Below are positions 40,996-51,440 of a DNA stretch of 64,000 nt, piece by piece. Where the stretch lies: assembly GCA_001004105.1 (NCBI GenBank), contig LCQK01000002.1:347-64346 (forward strand), read 5' to 3'. The DNA is from Candidatus Jorgensenbacteria bacterium GW2011_GWB1_50_10. Lineage in GTDB: Bacteria; Patescibacteriota; Minisyncoccia; UBA6257; GWB1-50-10. A program made the translations under genes and the position numbers. The notes under the pieces are model-generated. The model searched no databases. It was given only the letters and a program-made list of their open reading frames with translations, and had not been told where the DNA came from. Every line of letters begins with the position of its first letter. Within the stretch, counting starts at the first letter, position 1.

Positions 40996-41148
40996 GGGGA
41001 TTGAAATAGGAAGTGGCTGGGCATAAAATTGACAAAGGTATTAATATTTGACTGGGGGCAGACGCTTTACGGCGGTTTTCCCCAAGTATTCGGAGAAAAT
41101 TAAAAAAATACGGCCTCATTGTGATAGAGTTGTGATAAAATTAATACA

Positions 41149-41673
41149 ATGACTCCTGCGCAAAAGCGGATAACGGTGCAAGTTTCCATTGCTTTGGGGA
41201 TTGTGGGCGTTTTGGTTGCAGGTCTCATTTTTTTCGGTTTTAACATCAAAAACCTCACCCAAAAAATCGTGGCGGCAAGGGAAGAGCTTGCGTTGAGAAC
41301 GGTGGCTCTCCAATCGCTTGCAACGTTGCGGGCCGATTACACGAGCAAGGCCGAGGCCTATTTGAACGTTTTGCACAACATCATTCCCCAGAAAGACGAG
41401 CTTATAGACCTTTCCAAAGATTTCCAGACGATTGCTTCGGCATCGGGATTGGAATACGGCTTCACATTTTTGGGGGAGAATCCGCCAGCTGCCGGCGCCC
41501 TGGGTTCGGTGAAGTTCGGCTTGAAACTGGGCGGCACTCTAAATAAGCTTCTGGAGTTCCTGAAAAATATCCAAAATTTCCGTTATCTTGTCCAAGTGGA
41601 GAGCGTTTCTATTTTCCGGGAAGAATCAATGATGAGAATGAACTTGAGCGGCAGTGTTTATTTTAGACAATAA
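41149..41673 (+). CDS. Type IV pilus assembly PilO-like protein
   Basis: N-terminal TM, coiled coil, LLEFLKNIQNFRYLVQVESV-type C-terminal domain. Confidence 0.55.
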   Translation: MTPAQKRITVQVSIALGIVGVLVAGLIFFGFNIKNLTQKIVAAREELALRTVALQSLATLRADYTSKAEAYLNVLHNIIPQKDELIDLSKDFQTIASASGLEYGFTFLGENPPAAGALGSVKFGLKLGGTLNKLLEFLKNIQNFRYLVQVESVSIFREESMMRMNLSGSVYFRQ

Positions 41674-41674
41674 A

Positions 41675-41917
41675 ATGAAAATCAATTTAGGATTTCTTTC
41701 AAAATTAAAGAATAAAAAACCATCCCGCGGCGGCAGTAAGCAATTCACCTTCATCGCCCTCGCTTTCGTGATGCTCGTTGTGGTCGCGCTTTTCGTTATT
41801 TACAGTTTCACCTTTCTTATTTCGGAGTTTAATGACGTTTCCGGACAACAGATTTCGCCGCCGCCGGTGCCACGATTTGACATTCAGGGTTTCGAAAAGC
41901 TAGATTTGACTAAGTAA
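41675..41917 (+). CDS. Small single-TM hypothetical protein
   Basis: Basic N-terminus, one TM, Pro-rich tail; 1 bp after the PilO-like gene. Confidence 0.65.
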   Translation: MKINLGFLSKLKNKKPSRGGSKQFTFIALAFVMLVVVALFVIYSFTFLISEFNDVSGQQISPPPVPRFDIQGFEKLDLTK

Positions 41918-41922
41918 TCACC

Positions 41923-41994
41923 GGGTGACTAGTTCAGTGGTAGAACGCTGTCCTGATAAGACAGAGGTCGCAGGTTCGATTCCTGCGTCACCCA
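41923..41994 (+). tRNA. tRNA-Ile(GAU)
   Basis: GGGTGAC/GTCACCC acceptor stem, CTGTC-CTGATAA-GACAG anticodon arm, GGTTCGATTCC T-arm; CCA not encoded. Confidence 0.95.
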
Positions 41995-42001
41995 CTATTT
42001 T

Positions 42002-42694
42002 ATGGTTTCCGTTATTTACGAGGATGAGAATTTTATTGGTCTTTCAAAACCGGCCGGCGTTTTGGTTCACAAAACCGCAAAAAACGAGCAGGAAGAAACG
42101 GTAGCGGATTGGCTGGTTAACCGTTACCCGGAAGTGAAAAGCGTCGGGGATGCGCCGGGGGTCCGGCCAGGGCTGGTTCACCGATTAGACAAAGAAACTT
42201 CCGGAGTTCTCGTCGTTGCCCGAAACCAAAATAGCTTCAAGTATCTGAAAGGCCTTTTTCAAGAGCACAAAATTATCAAAAAATATGTTGCCCTTGTGCA
42301 CGGCAAACTTGAAGGAAACGGCGTGATTAACGTGCCGATAGGACTGAAACCCGGGACGGTAAAAAGAAGTGTGCGGGCCAAGAACATGAAGATGGTTAAG
42401 GAAGCGGTAACGGAATACAGAGTCCTGAAAAACTTTGAAAAAAGCGGCGAATTTTTCACTTTGGTCGAACTTATTCCTAAAACCGGTCGGACTCACCAAT
42501 TGCGGGTTCATTTGGCGAGCATTTATCATCCGGTTGTGGGGGATATACTTTATGGTCCGAAGAATAATTCCTTGGGCATGAAACGGCAATTTTTACACGC
42601 CAACTCATTAGAATTCGTGAACCAGGAAGGTGCCCGTCTCAGGTTAGAAGCGGGGTTACCCCGGGAACTTGAAGAAACTCTTTCAGCTCTTTAA
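42002..42694 (+). CDS. RluA family pseudouridine synthase
   Basis: KPAGVLVH, VHRLDKETSG, TGRTHQLRVH, PVVGDILYG. Confidence 0.95.
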   Translation: MVSVIYEDENFIGLSKPAGVLVHKTAKNEQEETVADWLVNRYPEVKSVGDAPGVRPGLVHRLDKETSGVLVVARNQNSFKYLKGLFQEHKIIKKYVALVHGKLEGNGVINVPIGLKPGTVKRSVRAKNMKMVKEAVTEYRVLKNFEKSGEFFTLVELIPKTGRTHQLRVHLASIYHPVVGDILYGPKNNSLGMKRQFLHANSLEFVNQEGARLRLEAGLPRELEETLSAL

Positions 42695-42732
42695 TAACTA
42701 TTTTCTTATTCGCGCGAATAAGAAAATAGTTA
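42695..42732. repeat. Perfect 38-bp palindrome, ATTCGCGCGAAT core
   Basis: TAACTATTTTCTTATTCGCGCGAATAAGAAAATAGTTA. Confidence 0.85.
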
Positions 42733-42773
42733 GAATTTGACTTTTTTATCCAAGAAATTATCATTACTCCATA

Positions 42774-43094
42774 ATGATTCCAACTGAAGTTTTAGAAAAA
42801 ATTAGGCCCGGCGCGCGGGTGAGAGTTTGGGAACGTATTAAAGAAGGGGATAAGGAGCGGCAAAGCGCTTTTGAAGGCATCGTTTTGGCGCGCAAGCATG
42901 GGGATGAGGCGGGCGCGACTTTCACCGTCCGGGCCATTTTGCAGGAAGTGGGCGTTGAGAAAGTTTATCCCGTTCATTCGCCGGTTATCGCGAAAGTGGA
43001 GGTTATTTCCAGCCCGAAAAAAGTAAGCCGCGCCAAGCTTTATTTTTTGAGGAAGCTTTCGCCTAAGAGAGTGGCGGAGAAACTAAAGATTTAG
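42774..43094 (+). CDS. rplS: 50S ribosomal protein L19
   Basis: IKEGDKERQSAFEG, TFTVR, GVEKVYPVHSP, RAKLYFLR. Confidence 0.97.
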   Translation: MIPTEVLEKIRPGARVRVWERIKEGDKERQSAFEGIVLARKHGDEAGATFTVRAILQEVGVEKVYPVHSPVIAKVEVISSPKKVSRAKLYFLRKLSPKRVAEKLKI

Positions 43095-43182
43095 ATTTCA
43101 TTAGATTCCGATCCCCACAGTCTTTTTTATTTCATTATATTTGGTATACGCTATAAACTTGAGGTATGATATAATAAGAAAA

Positions 43183-43848
43183 ATGGGGAAAAGGGGACCG
43201 AAGCCGAAAAGAAAGGTGGAAATCAGATGGTCGCCGGAATTTGCTTATGCCCTCGGGCTTTTGGCTACCGATGGGAATCTTTCTTCGGATGGCCGGCACC
43301 TTGATCTCACTTCTCAAGATAAAGAACAGCTTTTGAATTTTATGAAATGTCTTAGGATCAAGGTGGAAATTGGTTATAAAACTTCCGGGTTGAGCGGAGA
43401 AAGAACAGCCCGGGTTCAGTTCGGAGATGTCAATTTTTATAAATTTTTATTAAACATCGGTTTTTCACCCAACAAGTCGAAAACCATAGGGAGATTGGAT
43501 ATTCCGGATAAGTATTTCTTTGATTTTCTCCGAGGTCATTTTGACGGCGACGGTACTTTTTATTCTTATTGGGATCCGCGCTGGAGGTCGAGTTTTATGT
43601 TTTACACGGTTTTCATTTCGGCCAGCAAAGGTCATATTCAGTGGTTGAGAAAAAAAATTAATGAAACGTTGCCTATAAAGGGGCACATAACCAAGAGTAA
43701 AACCCAATCCACTTATAATCTTAAATACGCTAAAAGAGAATCATTAAAATTACTGAAAAAAGTTTATTATTCTCATAAAGTAATTTGCCTTTCTCGCAAA
43801 CGTTTGAAGATTGAAAAAGCTTTGGCTATAATGGGAGCGAAGCTATAA
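43183..43848 (+). CDS. Free-standing double-motif LAGLIDADG endonuclease-like protein
   Basis: AYALGLLATDG and FLRGHFDGDG motifs; start placed at ATG 43183 after TGnTATAAT. Confidence 0.85.
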   Translation: MGKRGPKPKRKVEIRWSPEFAYALGLLATDGNLSSDGRHLDLTSQDKEQLLNFMKCLRIKVEIGYKTSGLSGERTARVQFGDVNFYKFLLNIGFSPNKSKTIGRLDIPDKYFFDFLRGHFDGDGTFYSYWDPRWRSSFMFYTVFISASKGHIQWLRKKINETLPIKGHITKSKTQSTYNLKYAKRESLKLLKKVYYSHKVICLSRKRLKIEKALAIMGAKL

Positions 43849-43849
43849 T

Positions 43850-43934
43850 GCCCAGGTGGCGGAACTGGAATACGCGTGCGTTCGAGGGGCGCATGCCGCA
43901 AGGCTTGCGGGTTCAAATCCCGCCCTGGGCACCA
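43850..43934 (+). tRNA. tRNA-Leu(GAG)
   Basis: GCCCAGG/CCTGGGC acceptor stem, long variable arm GCC-GCAA-GGC, GGTTCAAATCC T-arm, discriminator A plus CCA; anticodon loop TCGAGGG. Confidence 0.85.
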
Positions 43935-44001
43935 GTAAGGAATTTGCAAGCAAGAAACGAATTGGCGGTTTCGTTTGGGGGAAAGAAAAATTTTTAATCA
44001 T

Positions 44002-44451
44002 ATGGAAACAGAAAATACAACTTTCAGTTATGCTGGCTTTTGGAAAAGATTTGCCGCTTTTATCATAGATATGTTTATCGTGTCTATCGGTGGCTTTATT
44101 ATTGGTTTTATATTCGGAGTTCCCTACGATGTTCTCACTGGTAAAGCCGAGTTCGCTGGATTTGCCGAAGATTATATTCTTAGTTTCATTTTGAGTTTTT
44201 TGCTTGTTTGGATTTACCAAGCAGTTATGGAAAGTTCTTCTAAACAAGCGACTCTTGGCAAAATGGCTCTTGGAATAATAGTTACTGATTTGTCTGGCAA
44301 GCGTGTATCTTTCGGAAAGGCATCGGGTCGCTACTTTGGGCAGATACTTTCCGGGTTTATCCTCGGCATAGGATTTCTCATGATTGCTTTTACTGCAAGA
44401 AAACAGGGGCTTCACGATAAAATGGCTGGTTGTCTTGTTGTGAATAAATAA
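44002..44451 (+). CDS. RDD family membrane protein
   Basis: YAGFWKRFAAFIID, QATLGKMALG, KQGLHDKMAG. Confidence 0.92.
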   Translation: METENTTFSYAGFWKRFAAFIIDMFIVSIGGFIIGFIFGVPYDVLTGKAEFAGFAEDYILSFILSFLLVWIYQAVMESSSKQATLGKMALGIIVTDLSGKRVSFGKASGRYFGQILSGFILGIGFLMIAFTARKQGLHDKMAGCLVVNK

Positions 44452-44831
44452 TGTTTCCATATCGCCGATTTTTATTTCCCCGAGAAGACTATCCGGAAAA
44501 TTGGGACGAATTGAGAAAAGCGGTTTATCGCAGAGACGGATGGCAATGTCAGCAGTGCGGTGCTAGAAATATCCAACTCCACGCCCACCACCAAACTCCG
44601 TTGTCTGCGGGTGGCTCTAACGACATGAGCAACCTGATTACTCTTTGTAAAAATTGTCATATTGATGACCATCCGCACATGTGGTGGGGTAGGTGGAAAG
44701 AAAACAATCCCCAAACCGTTCTCGCACTTCGTATTATTGTTCTCGCCATAGCAATCTCGTTACTTATAATATCTGGCTTTAGTTGGTGGAAAGTTATAAT
44801 TTTAATAATTGTACTTCGACCTTTATTCTGA
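44451..44831 (+). CDS. HNH endonuclease with C-terminal membrane anchor
   Basis: RDGWQCQQCG...HAHH..P...GGSN..SNLITLCKNCH plus hydrophobic tail. Confidence 0.88.
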   Translation: MFPYRRFLFPREDYPENWDELRKAVYRRDGWQCQQCGARNIQLHAHHQTPLSAGGSNDMSNLITLCKNCHIDDHPHMWWGRWKENNPQTVLALRIIVLAIAISLLIISGFSWWKVIILIIVLRPLF

Positions 44832-44843
44832 TTTAATATGAAT

Positions 44844-44925
44844 TGCCGCCAAAGAAAAACTTGAAATTGTCAGCGGTGCGGCTCTGCCGCCAAAGAAAAA
44901 CTTGAAATTGTCAGCGGTGCGGCTC
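44844..44925. repeat. Exact 41-bp tandem duplication
   Basis: TGCCGCCAAAGAAAAACTTGAAATTGTCAGCGGTGCGGCTC twice. Confidence 0.9.
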
Positions 44926-45106
44926 CGCCGCCTTTCCGAATTTTCACGGGGGGATTTCCTCGCCGCCGCAGGCGGCGAAATGCGTTCGGACTAATTCAAG
45001 AATACTGCACAAATAGAAAGGCCTCTGGGCCGTTTTTGCTCAGATTTTACGCTTGTTTTTGGCCCTAAATATGGTAAAATTAAAGAGCCCGTAAGAGGGG
45101 CTTTTT

Positions 45107-47029
<1,923 letters not shown>

Positions 47030-47057
47030 CAGCATAATTTTGCAGAATAAGACGACC

Positions 47058-47243
47058 ATGATAGGCAGGATTAAAAACTTTTTTGAGGAGTCCCGGCGCG
47101 AGTTCAAGCGCGTCAATTGGCCGAGCCGCGCTGAAACGACCCGCTACACGATTTTCGTGGTCGTTTTCTCCATTATTTTGGCTGCTTTTCTCGGGTTTTT
47201 GGATTTCGCCTTCTTGAAGGGACTGGAAAATTTGATTTTATAA
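47058..47243 (+). CDS. secE: Preprotein translocase subunit SecE
   Basis: EFKRVNWPSRAET plus single TM; directly upstream of nusG. Confidence 0.93.
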   Translation: MIGRIKNFFEESRREFKRVNWPSRAETTRYTIFVVVFSIILAAFLGFLDFAFLKGLENLIL

Positions 47244-47244
47244 C

Positions 47245-47781
47245 ATGACCGACAAGAACAGACATTGGTACGCGATTCACACTTACGCCGGCTACGAGGA
47301 CGCCGTCTCCCGCTACTTGAAGCAGCGCATAGAGTCGCTCGCCATGACCGACAAGATTTTCAGCGTCATCGTTCCGAAAGAGGTGAAAATCAAAGTGAAA
47401 AGCGGCAAGCGGCATAAGGTGGAGGAAAAAATCTACCCCGGCTACGTGCTTGTGGATATGATTCTGGACAATGATTCTTGGTACGTGGTGCGCAACACCC
47501 CGCGCGTCACGGGATTTGTGGGGGCGAGCGCCGCCAAACCCACGCCGCTTTCCAAGGAAGAGGTGGACGAACTGATGACACGGATGGGGGAGGCCGAACC
47601 GCGCTTCAAGCTTGACTTGAAGGTGAACGAAACGGTAAAAATCATTGACGGGCCTTTTAAGGAGCATGACGCCAAGATCGCCGAGATCGACGAGGAACGA
47701 GGAAAGGTGAAAGTGCTTGTGCCGATATTCGGCCGCGACACCGTGGTGGAATTAGACACATTACAGGTTCAGAAGATATAA
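47245..47781 (+). CDS. nusG: Transcription termination/antitermination factor NusG
   Basis: WYAIHTYAGYE, YPGYVLV, RNTPRVTGF, KOW IIDGPF. Confidence 0.98.
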   Translation: MTDKNRHWYAIHTYAGYEDAVSRYLKQRIESLAMTDKIFSVIVPKEVKIKVKSGKRHKVEEKIYPGYVLVDMILDNDSWYVVRNTPRVTGFVGASAAKPTPLSKEEVDELMTRMGEAEPRFKLDLKVNETVKIIDGPFKEHDAKIAEIDEERGKVKVLVPIFGRDTVVELDTLQVQKI

Positions 47782-47805
47782 TAAAGGCTGAAAAGAAATA
47801 ATTTT

Positions 47806-48294
47806 ATGGGAAAAGAAAGATACGAACCAATACCAGAAGAAATGCAAAAAGCTGAAAGCTCAATGGAGAGAGTGCAACAAGAACTTTCGAAAATTAGAGA
47901 GAGATATTATGCAGAAAGATTGGAGATAGCTCAGAGAGAGGGTATTCCTCCTGAAGTCTTAGAAGAAACATTTTTGACACTTGATAAGACTCACGATGGA
48001 GGGGAAGACAAAGAATGGCAGTTTATACGCGGAAAAATAAAAAATCTGAGAGTTTCCGGAAGTAGACCAGAAAAAGGATTTACTGTGTATGTTGATATTG
48101 ATGGCAAACAAATGCCGATGAGCGACGCTGGACTTTTTTGGGGAAAATTTGGGGATTTAGCTAAATCTTTTTCTGAAGAACAAGAGCAGGTAGAGGAGGC
48201 ATTGCAAAAAGATTGGGAGACGATAGAAAAAGGGGAGGCGTCACAAGCGGAAGCCGAACAAGCAAAAGAACTTTTGAGAGACATTCTAGACTAG
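47806..48294 (+). CDS. Acidic hypothetical protein, AT-rich, between nusG and rplK
   Basis: 162-aa Glu-rich ORF with A-rich codon usage. Confidence 0.75.
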   Translation: MGKERYEPIPEEMQKAESSMERVQQELSKIRERYYAERLEIAQREGIPPEVLEETFLTLDKTHDGGEDKEWQFIRGKIKNLRVSGSRPEKGFTVYVDIDGKQMPMSDAGLFWGKFGDLAKSFSEEQEQVEEALQKDWETIEKGEASQAEAEQAKELLRDILD

Positions 48295-48340
48295 TTACGG
48301 GTTTAGCGAAGTCGTAAAAATTTGTATATTAGTGAAGCTT

Positions 48341-48760
48341 ATGAAACCAATCAAAACAACAATTAAATTGCAACTGCCAGCCGGAGCGGCCAATCCCGCC
48401 CCGCCCGTGGGCACCGCCCTGGGGCCGCATGGCGTAAACATCGGGCTTTTCTGTCAGCAGTTTAATGAGGCGACCAAAGCAATGGCTGGTGACATCATTC
48501 CGGCGGAGATCACGATTTACGAAGACCGGAGTTTTGACTTCAAACTGAAAACCCCGCCCGCTTCGGCGCTTTTAGAGAAAGCCGCCGGCATCGAAAAGGG
48601 TTCAGCCGAGCCCCACAAGACCAAGGTGGGTAAGGTGACCAGGGCGCAAATCCGCGAAATCGCTGAGAAGAAGATGGTGGATTTGAACGCCAATTCCTTG
48701 GAAGCCGCCGAGAAGATAATTGAAGGAACAGCAAGGCAGATGGGGATTGTGGTAGAGTAA
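48341..48760 (+). CDS. rplK: 50S ribosomal protein L11
   Basis: [26 protein letters not shown]. Confidence 0.98.
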   Translation: MKPIKTTIKLQLPAGAANPAPPVGTALGPHGVNIGLFCQQFNEATKAMAGDIIPAEITIYEDRSFDFKLKTPPASALLEKAAGIEKGSAEPHKTKVGKVTRAQIREIAEKKMVDLNANSLEAAEKIIEGTARQMGIVVE

Positions 48761-48768
48761 AGAGTAAT

Positions 48769-49347
48769 ATGGTTCTTTCCGACAAGGACATAAAAAAATA
48801 CATTCAGGAAGGGAAAATAAACATCTCTCCCGCACCCGATTTTGAAAAACAGCTGGGTTCTTGTTCGCTCGACCTCCATCTCGGGGAAATTTTCAAAATT
48901 TTCAAATCCTCCCAGTACCCCTATTTGGATTTGAAGCAGAACGTCAACTTTGAAGGGCTAATGGAAGAAGTTCGGGTGGATAAGGAAGGCGGCGCTTTCG
49001 TTCTCCAGCCCAAAGGTTTCGTGCTCGCCGTCACCAAGGAATCCTTTGAGCTTCCGGACGACATTATGGGCCGACTTGACGGAAGGAGTTCTTTGGGGAG
49101 ATTGGGAGTAGTGGTTCATTCAACAGCCGCGCGTTTTGACCCCGGCTGGAAGGGGAAAGCGGTAATGGAATTGGGCAATCTCGGCATCATGCCGGTGGTT
49201 CTTTATTCCGGTATGAGAATTTGCGCCCTTACTTTTGAGATGCTTTCTTCGCCTTCGGAAGTTCCTTACGGTAAAGGAAAAGACAGCAAGTACCTTTCCC
49301 AAGAAGGACCGCAGGCAACCAAAGTTGACGAGGAATTACGGGGCTAA
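48769..49347 (+). CDS. dcd: dCTP deaminase
   Basis: LSDKDI, SLDLHLG, GRSSLGRLG, DPGWKG..VMEL. Confidence 0.93.
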   Translation: MVLSDKDIKKYIQEGKINISPAPDFEKQLGSCSLDLHLGEIFKIFKSSQYPYLDLKQNVNFEGLMEEVRVDKEGGAFVLQPKGFVLAVTKESFELPDDIMGRLDGRSSLGRLGVVVHSTAARFDPGWKGKAVMELGNLGIMPVVLYSGMRICALTFEMLSSPSEVPYGKGKDSKYLSQEGPQATKVDEELRG

Positions 49348-50315
49348 AGGCTCGCGTGGAGTTTTTTGTTGTAACCGCCGGCCACCGTCAGTTCGCCTTT
49401 GATGGGCGGATGGGGATCATACCTTTCGAGGGTTACGTGCTCGGGGCGGAAGTCGTCAAGGTTTTTGACGGCGTCCGCAATCTTAATCGTAGGGAAGGTT
49501 TTTGGTTCCCGCGTGAGTTGCTCGCGTGCTTGTTCCAGGTGGTTTTCGTAGATGTGAACGTCGCCGAAGGTATGGGTGAATTCGCCGGGTTCAAGATTTG
49601 TCACTTTCGCGAGGACGTGGAGGAGAAGGGCGTAGCTTGCAATATTAAAAGGAACTCCGAGGAAGATATCGGCGGTTCGCTGATAGAGTTGGAGGCAAAG
49701 CCGGCCGTCTTTGACGTTTAGCTGGTACATGTTGTGGCAGATGGGGAATCGGGACGCCTCTTCCGGACGAGCCATCGCGTAGAGATATTCCGGATTCCAC
49801 GAGTTTACTATCGCGTTGTGACAATCGGGATCTTTTTTGATTTCGCTCACCACCCAGGCGAGCTGGTCAATTTCGCGACCGTCTTTGGCGGGCCAGCGCC
49901 GCCACATTTCGCCGTAGATGCGCGGGAGCTCGCCGTGCACTTTAGCGAAGTCGGCGTCTTTCCCGATGCGGTCAATGAAATCTTCTTTTGTCATATCCTC
50001 CGCTTCCCTTCGTTCAACGAGCTCCCGATAAATTTTATAGGGGTAGTCGTCCCAGATGTGGACACCATTATCAACGAGATATTTAATGTTGGTTCCTCCG
50101 GAATAGAACCAGTAAAGTTCGTGGAGCACGCCTTTCCAATACACTTTTTTCGTCGTAAGGAGCGGGAAACCGTCTTTCATGTCAAAACGGATTTGCCGAC
50201 CGAAGACGCTGTAAGTGGAGACGCCCGTGCCCTTATCAACCTGCTTTATGCCTTTGTCCAGGATTTCTTGGAGAAGGTTCAAATATTGATATTCAGGGTG
50301 TTGGGAATTATTCAT
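49344..50315 (-). CDS. thyA: Thymidylate synthase
   Basis: GFPLLTTKK, FPICH, LYQRTADIFLGVPFNIASY, GDVHIYENH; start placed at ATG 50315. Confidence 0.96.
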   Translation of the reverse strand: MNNSQHPEYQYLNLLQEILDKGIKQVDKGTGVSTYSVFGRQIRFDMKDGFPLLTTKKVYWKGVLHELYWFYSGGTNIKYLVDNGVHIWDDYPYKIYRELVERREAEDMTKEDFIDRIGKDADFAKVHGELPRIYGEMWRRWPAKDGREIDQLAWVVSEIKKDPDCHNAIVNSWNPEYLYAMARPEEASRFPICHNMYQLNVKDGRLCLQLYQRTADIFLGVPFNIASYALLLHVLAKVTNLEPGEFTHTFGDVHIYENHLEQAREQLTREPKTFPTIKIADAVKNLDDFRPEHVTLERYDPHPPIKGELTVAGGYNKKLHASL

Positions 50316-50345
50316 GTTCCGGATTCTGTGATAGTATATCACACA

Positions 50346-50840
50346 TTGAAAGCGTTCATTATTGCGGCTTTGACCGCCGACGGATTTATCGCCAAGGATG
50401 CCCGCCATCCGGCTTTTTGGACGAGCAAAGAGGACAAGAAATTTTTTGCGGAAATGACGAAGAAGGCGGGGGTGGTTATTATGGGTCGGACGACCTACGA
50501 AACCATCGGGAGGCCGCTCAAGGACAGGTTAAATATTGTTTATTCTCGGCAAGGAGGAAATTATCCCGGCGTTGAAGTGACAGCTGAAGGGCCGGCCGAA
50601 CTCTTTAAAAACTTAGAAGCACGAGGTTACAGCGAAGCTGCAATTATGGGGGGCTCCTCCATTTATACGATGTTTATGGCCTCCGGTATGGTTCAAAAAC
50701 TCTATTTGACGGTGTCCCCGCTCGTCTTCGGACAGGGAGTAAATCTCTTCAGTAAGGCGTTTGAGAAAAAACTTAAGTTGGAATCGGTGGAAAAACTTGG
50801 CGAGGAAACCGTTTTAATGGAGTACAGTATAATAAATTAG
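50346..50840 (+). CDS. folA: Dihydrofolate reductase family protein
   Basis: IIAALTADGFIA, VIMGRTTYETIGRPLKDRLNIV, IMGGSSIY; TTG start inferred. Confidence 0.85.
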   Translation: MKAFIIAALTADGFIAKDARHPAFWTSKEDKKFFAEMTKKAGVVIMGRTTYETIGRPLKDRLNIVYSRQGGNYPGVEVTAEGPAELFKNLEARGYSEAAIMGGSSIYTMFMASGMVQKLYLTVSPLVFGQGVNLFSKAFEKKLKLESVEKLGEETVLMEYSIIN

Positions 50841-50842
50841 CC

Positions 50843-51382
50843 ATGGTATTGGGAATTGAAGAACTTCATAGACTGGTTAAGGAAAATAATCTAGTGGAGG
50901 GACTTTCCAAGCGCGAGCTGGAGAATCCCGAGGGGGCGGGTTTTGACTTGCGGATAGGCGGGCTCTATGAGATGTCCGGGGGCGGCTTTTTGGGCGTGGA
51001 GAAGCGCGAGACGCCGGAGGTGAAGCTAATCGCCGAGTATAAAGAGGGGGAAACAAAAACAGTGGCGCTTCAGCCACACACCTATTACCTTATGAGAACC
51101 GTGGAGAAAGTGAATCTGCCGGAGAGTCTCTTGGCCATCATGACGCCCCGTTCCACCTTGTTCCGTTCGGGAATCTACATTTTTGGAGGCCAGGTCGCTC
51201 CTGGTTACAGCGGCGAGCTCTATTTGGGAATTTACAATTTTAGAGACGCCAAATTTGAAATGGAGATGGGTTCTCGCGTTTTGCACATCATGTTTTTTGA
51301 AGTGAAAGGCAAGGGAAACATGTACAGAGGGCAGTGGCAGGGAGGAAGAGTCGCTACAAACGAAAGAGAAACTCAAGTTTAG
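50843..51382 (+). CDS. dCTP deaminase/dUTPase superfamily protein
   Basis: GFDLRIG, PRSTLFRSG, APGYSG, YRGQWQGG. Confidence 0.85.
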   Translation: MVLGIEELHRLVKENNLVEGLSKRELENPEGAGFDLRIGGLYEMSGGGFLGVEKRETPEVKLIAEYKEGETKTVALQPHTYYLMRTVEKVNLPESLLAIMTPRSTLFRSGIYIFGGQVAPGYSGELYLGIYNFRDAKFEMEMGSRVLHIMFFEVKGKGNMYRGQWQGGRVATNERETQV

Positions 51383-51440
51383 ATTTTTGAAATGAAAACA
51401 GGACAGCAACTAATGCTGTCCTGGCCGACTTTCTGGTCGG

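Noticed and set aside
43183..43848. Group I intron or intein hosting the LAGLIDADG gene
   Set aside because: rplS and the tRNA are uninterrupted, and no splicing motifs or room for a ribozyme core are visible.
43850..43934. Reading the tRNA as Ser(CGA), or as the ORF 43856-44068
   Set aside because: The shifted register gives a G-G mismatch in the stem, and discriminator A with this variable arm fits Leu; the ORF is a tRNA shadow.
44844..44925. 41-bp repeat as a CRISPR array
   Set aside because: Two adjacent copies with no spacer and no cas genes; no CRISPR array was seen in the window.
49734..50345. 368-aa ORF as an N-terminally fused DHFR
   Set aside because: The extension is the antisense shadow of thyA; DHFR similarity starts at about 50346.
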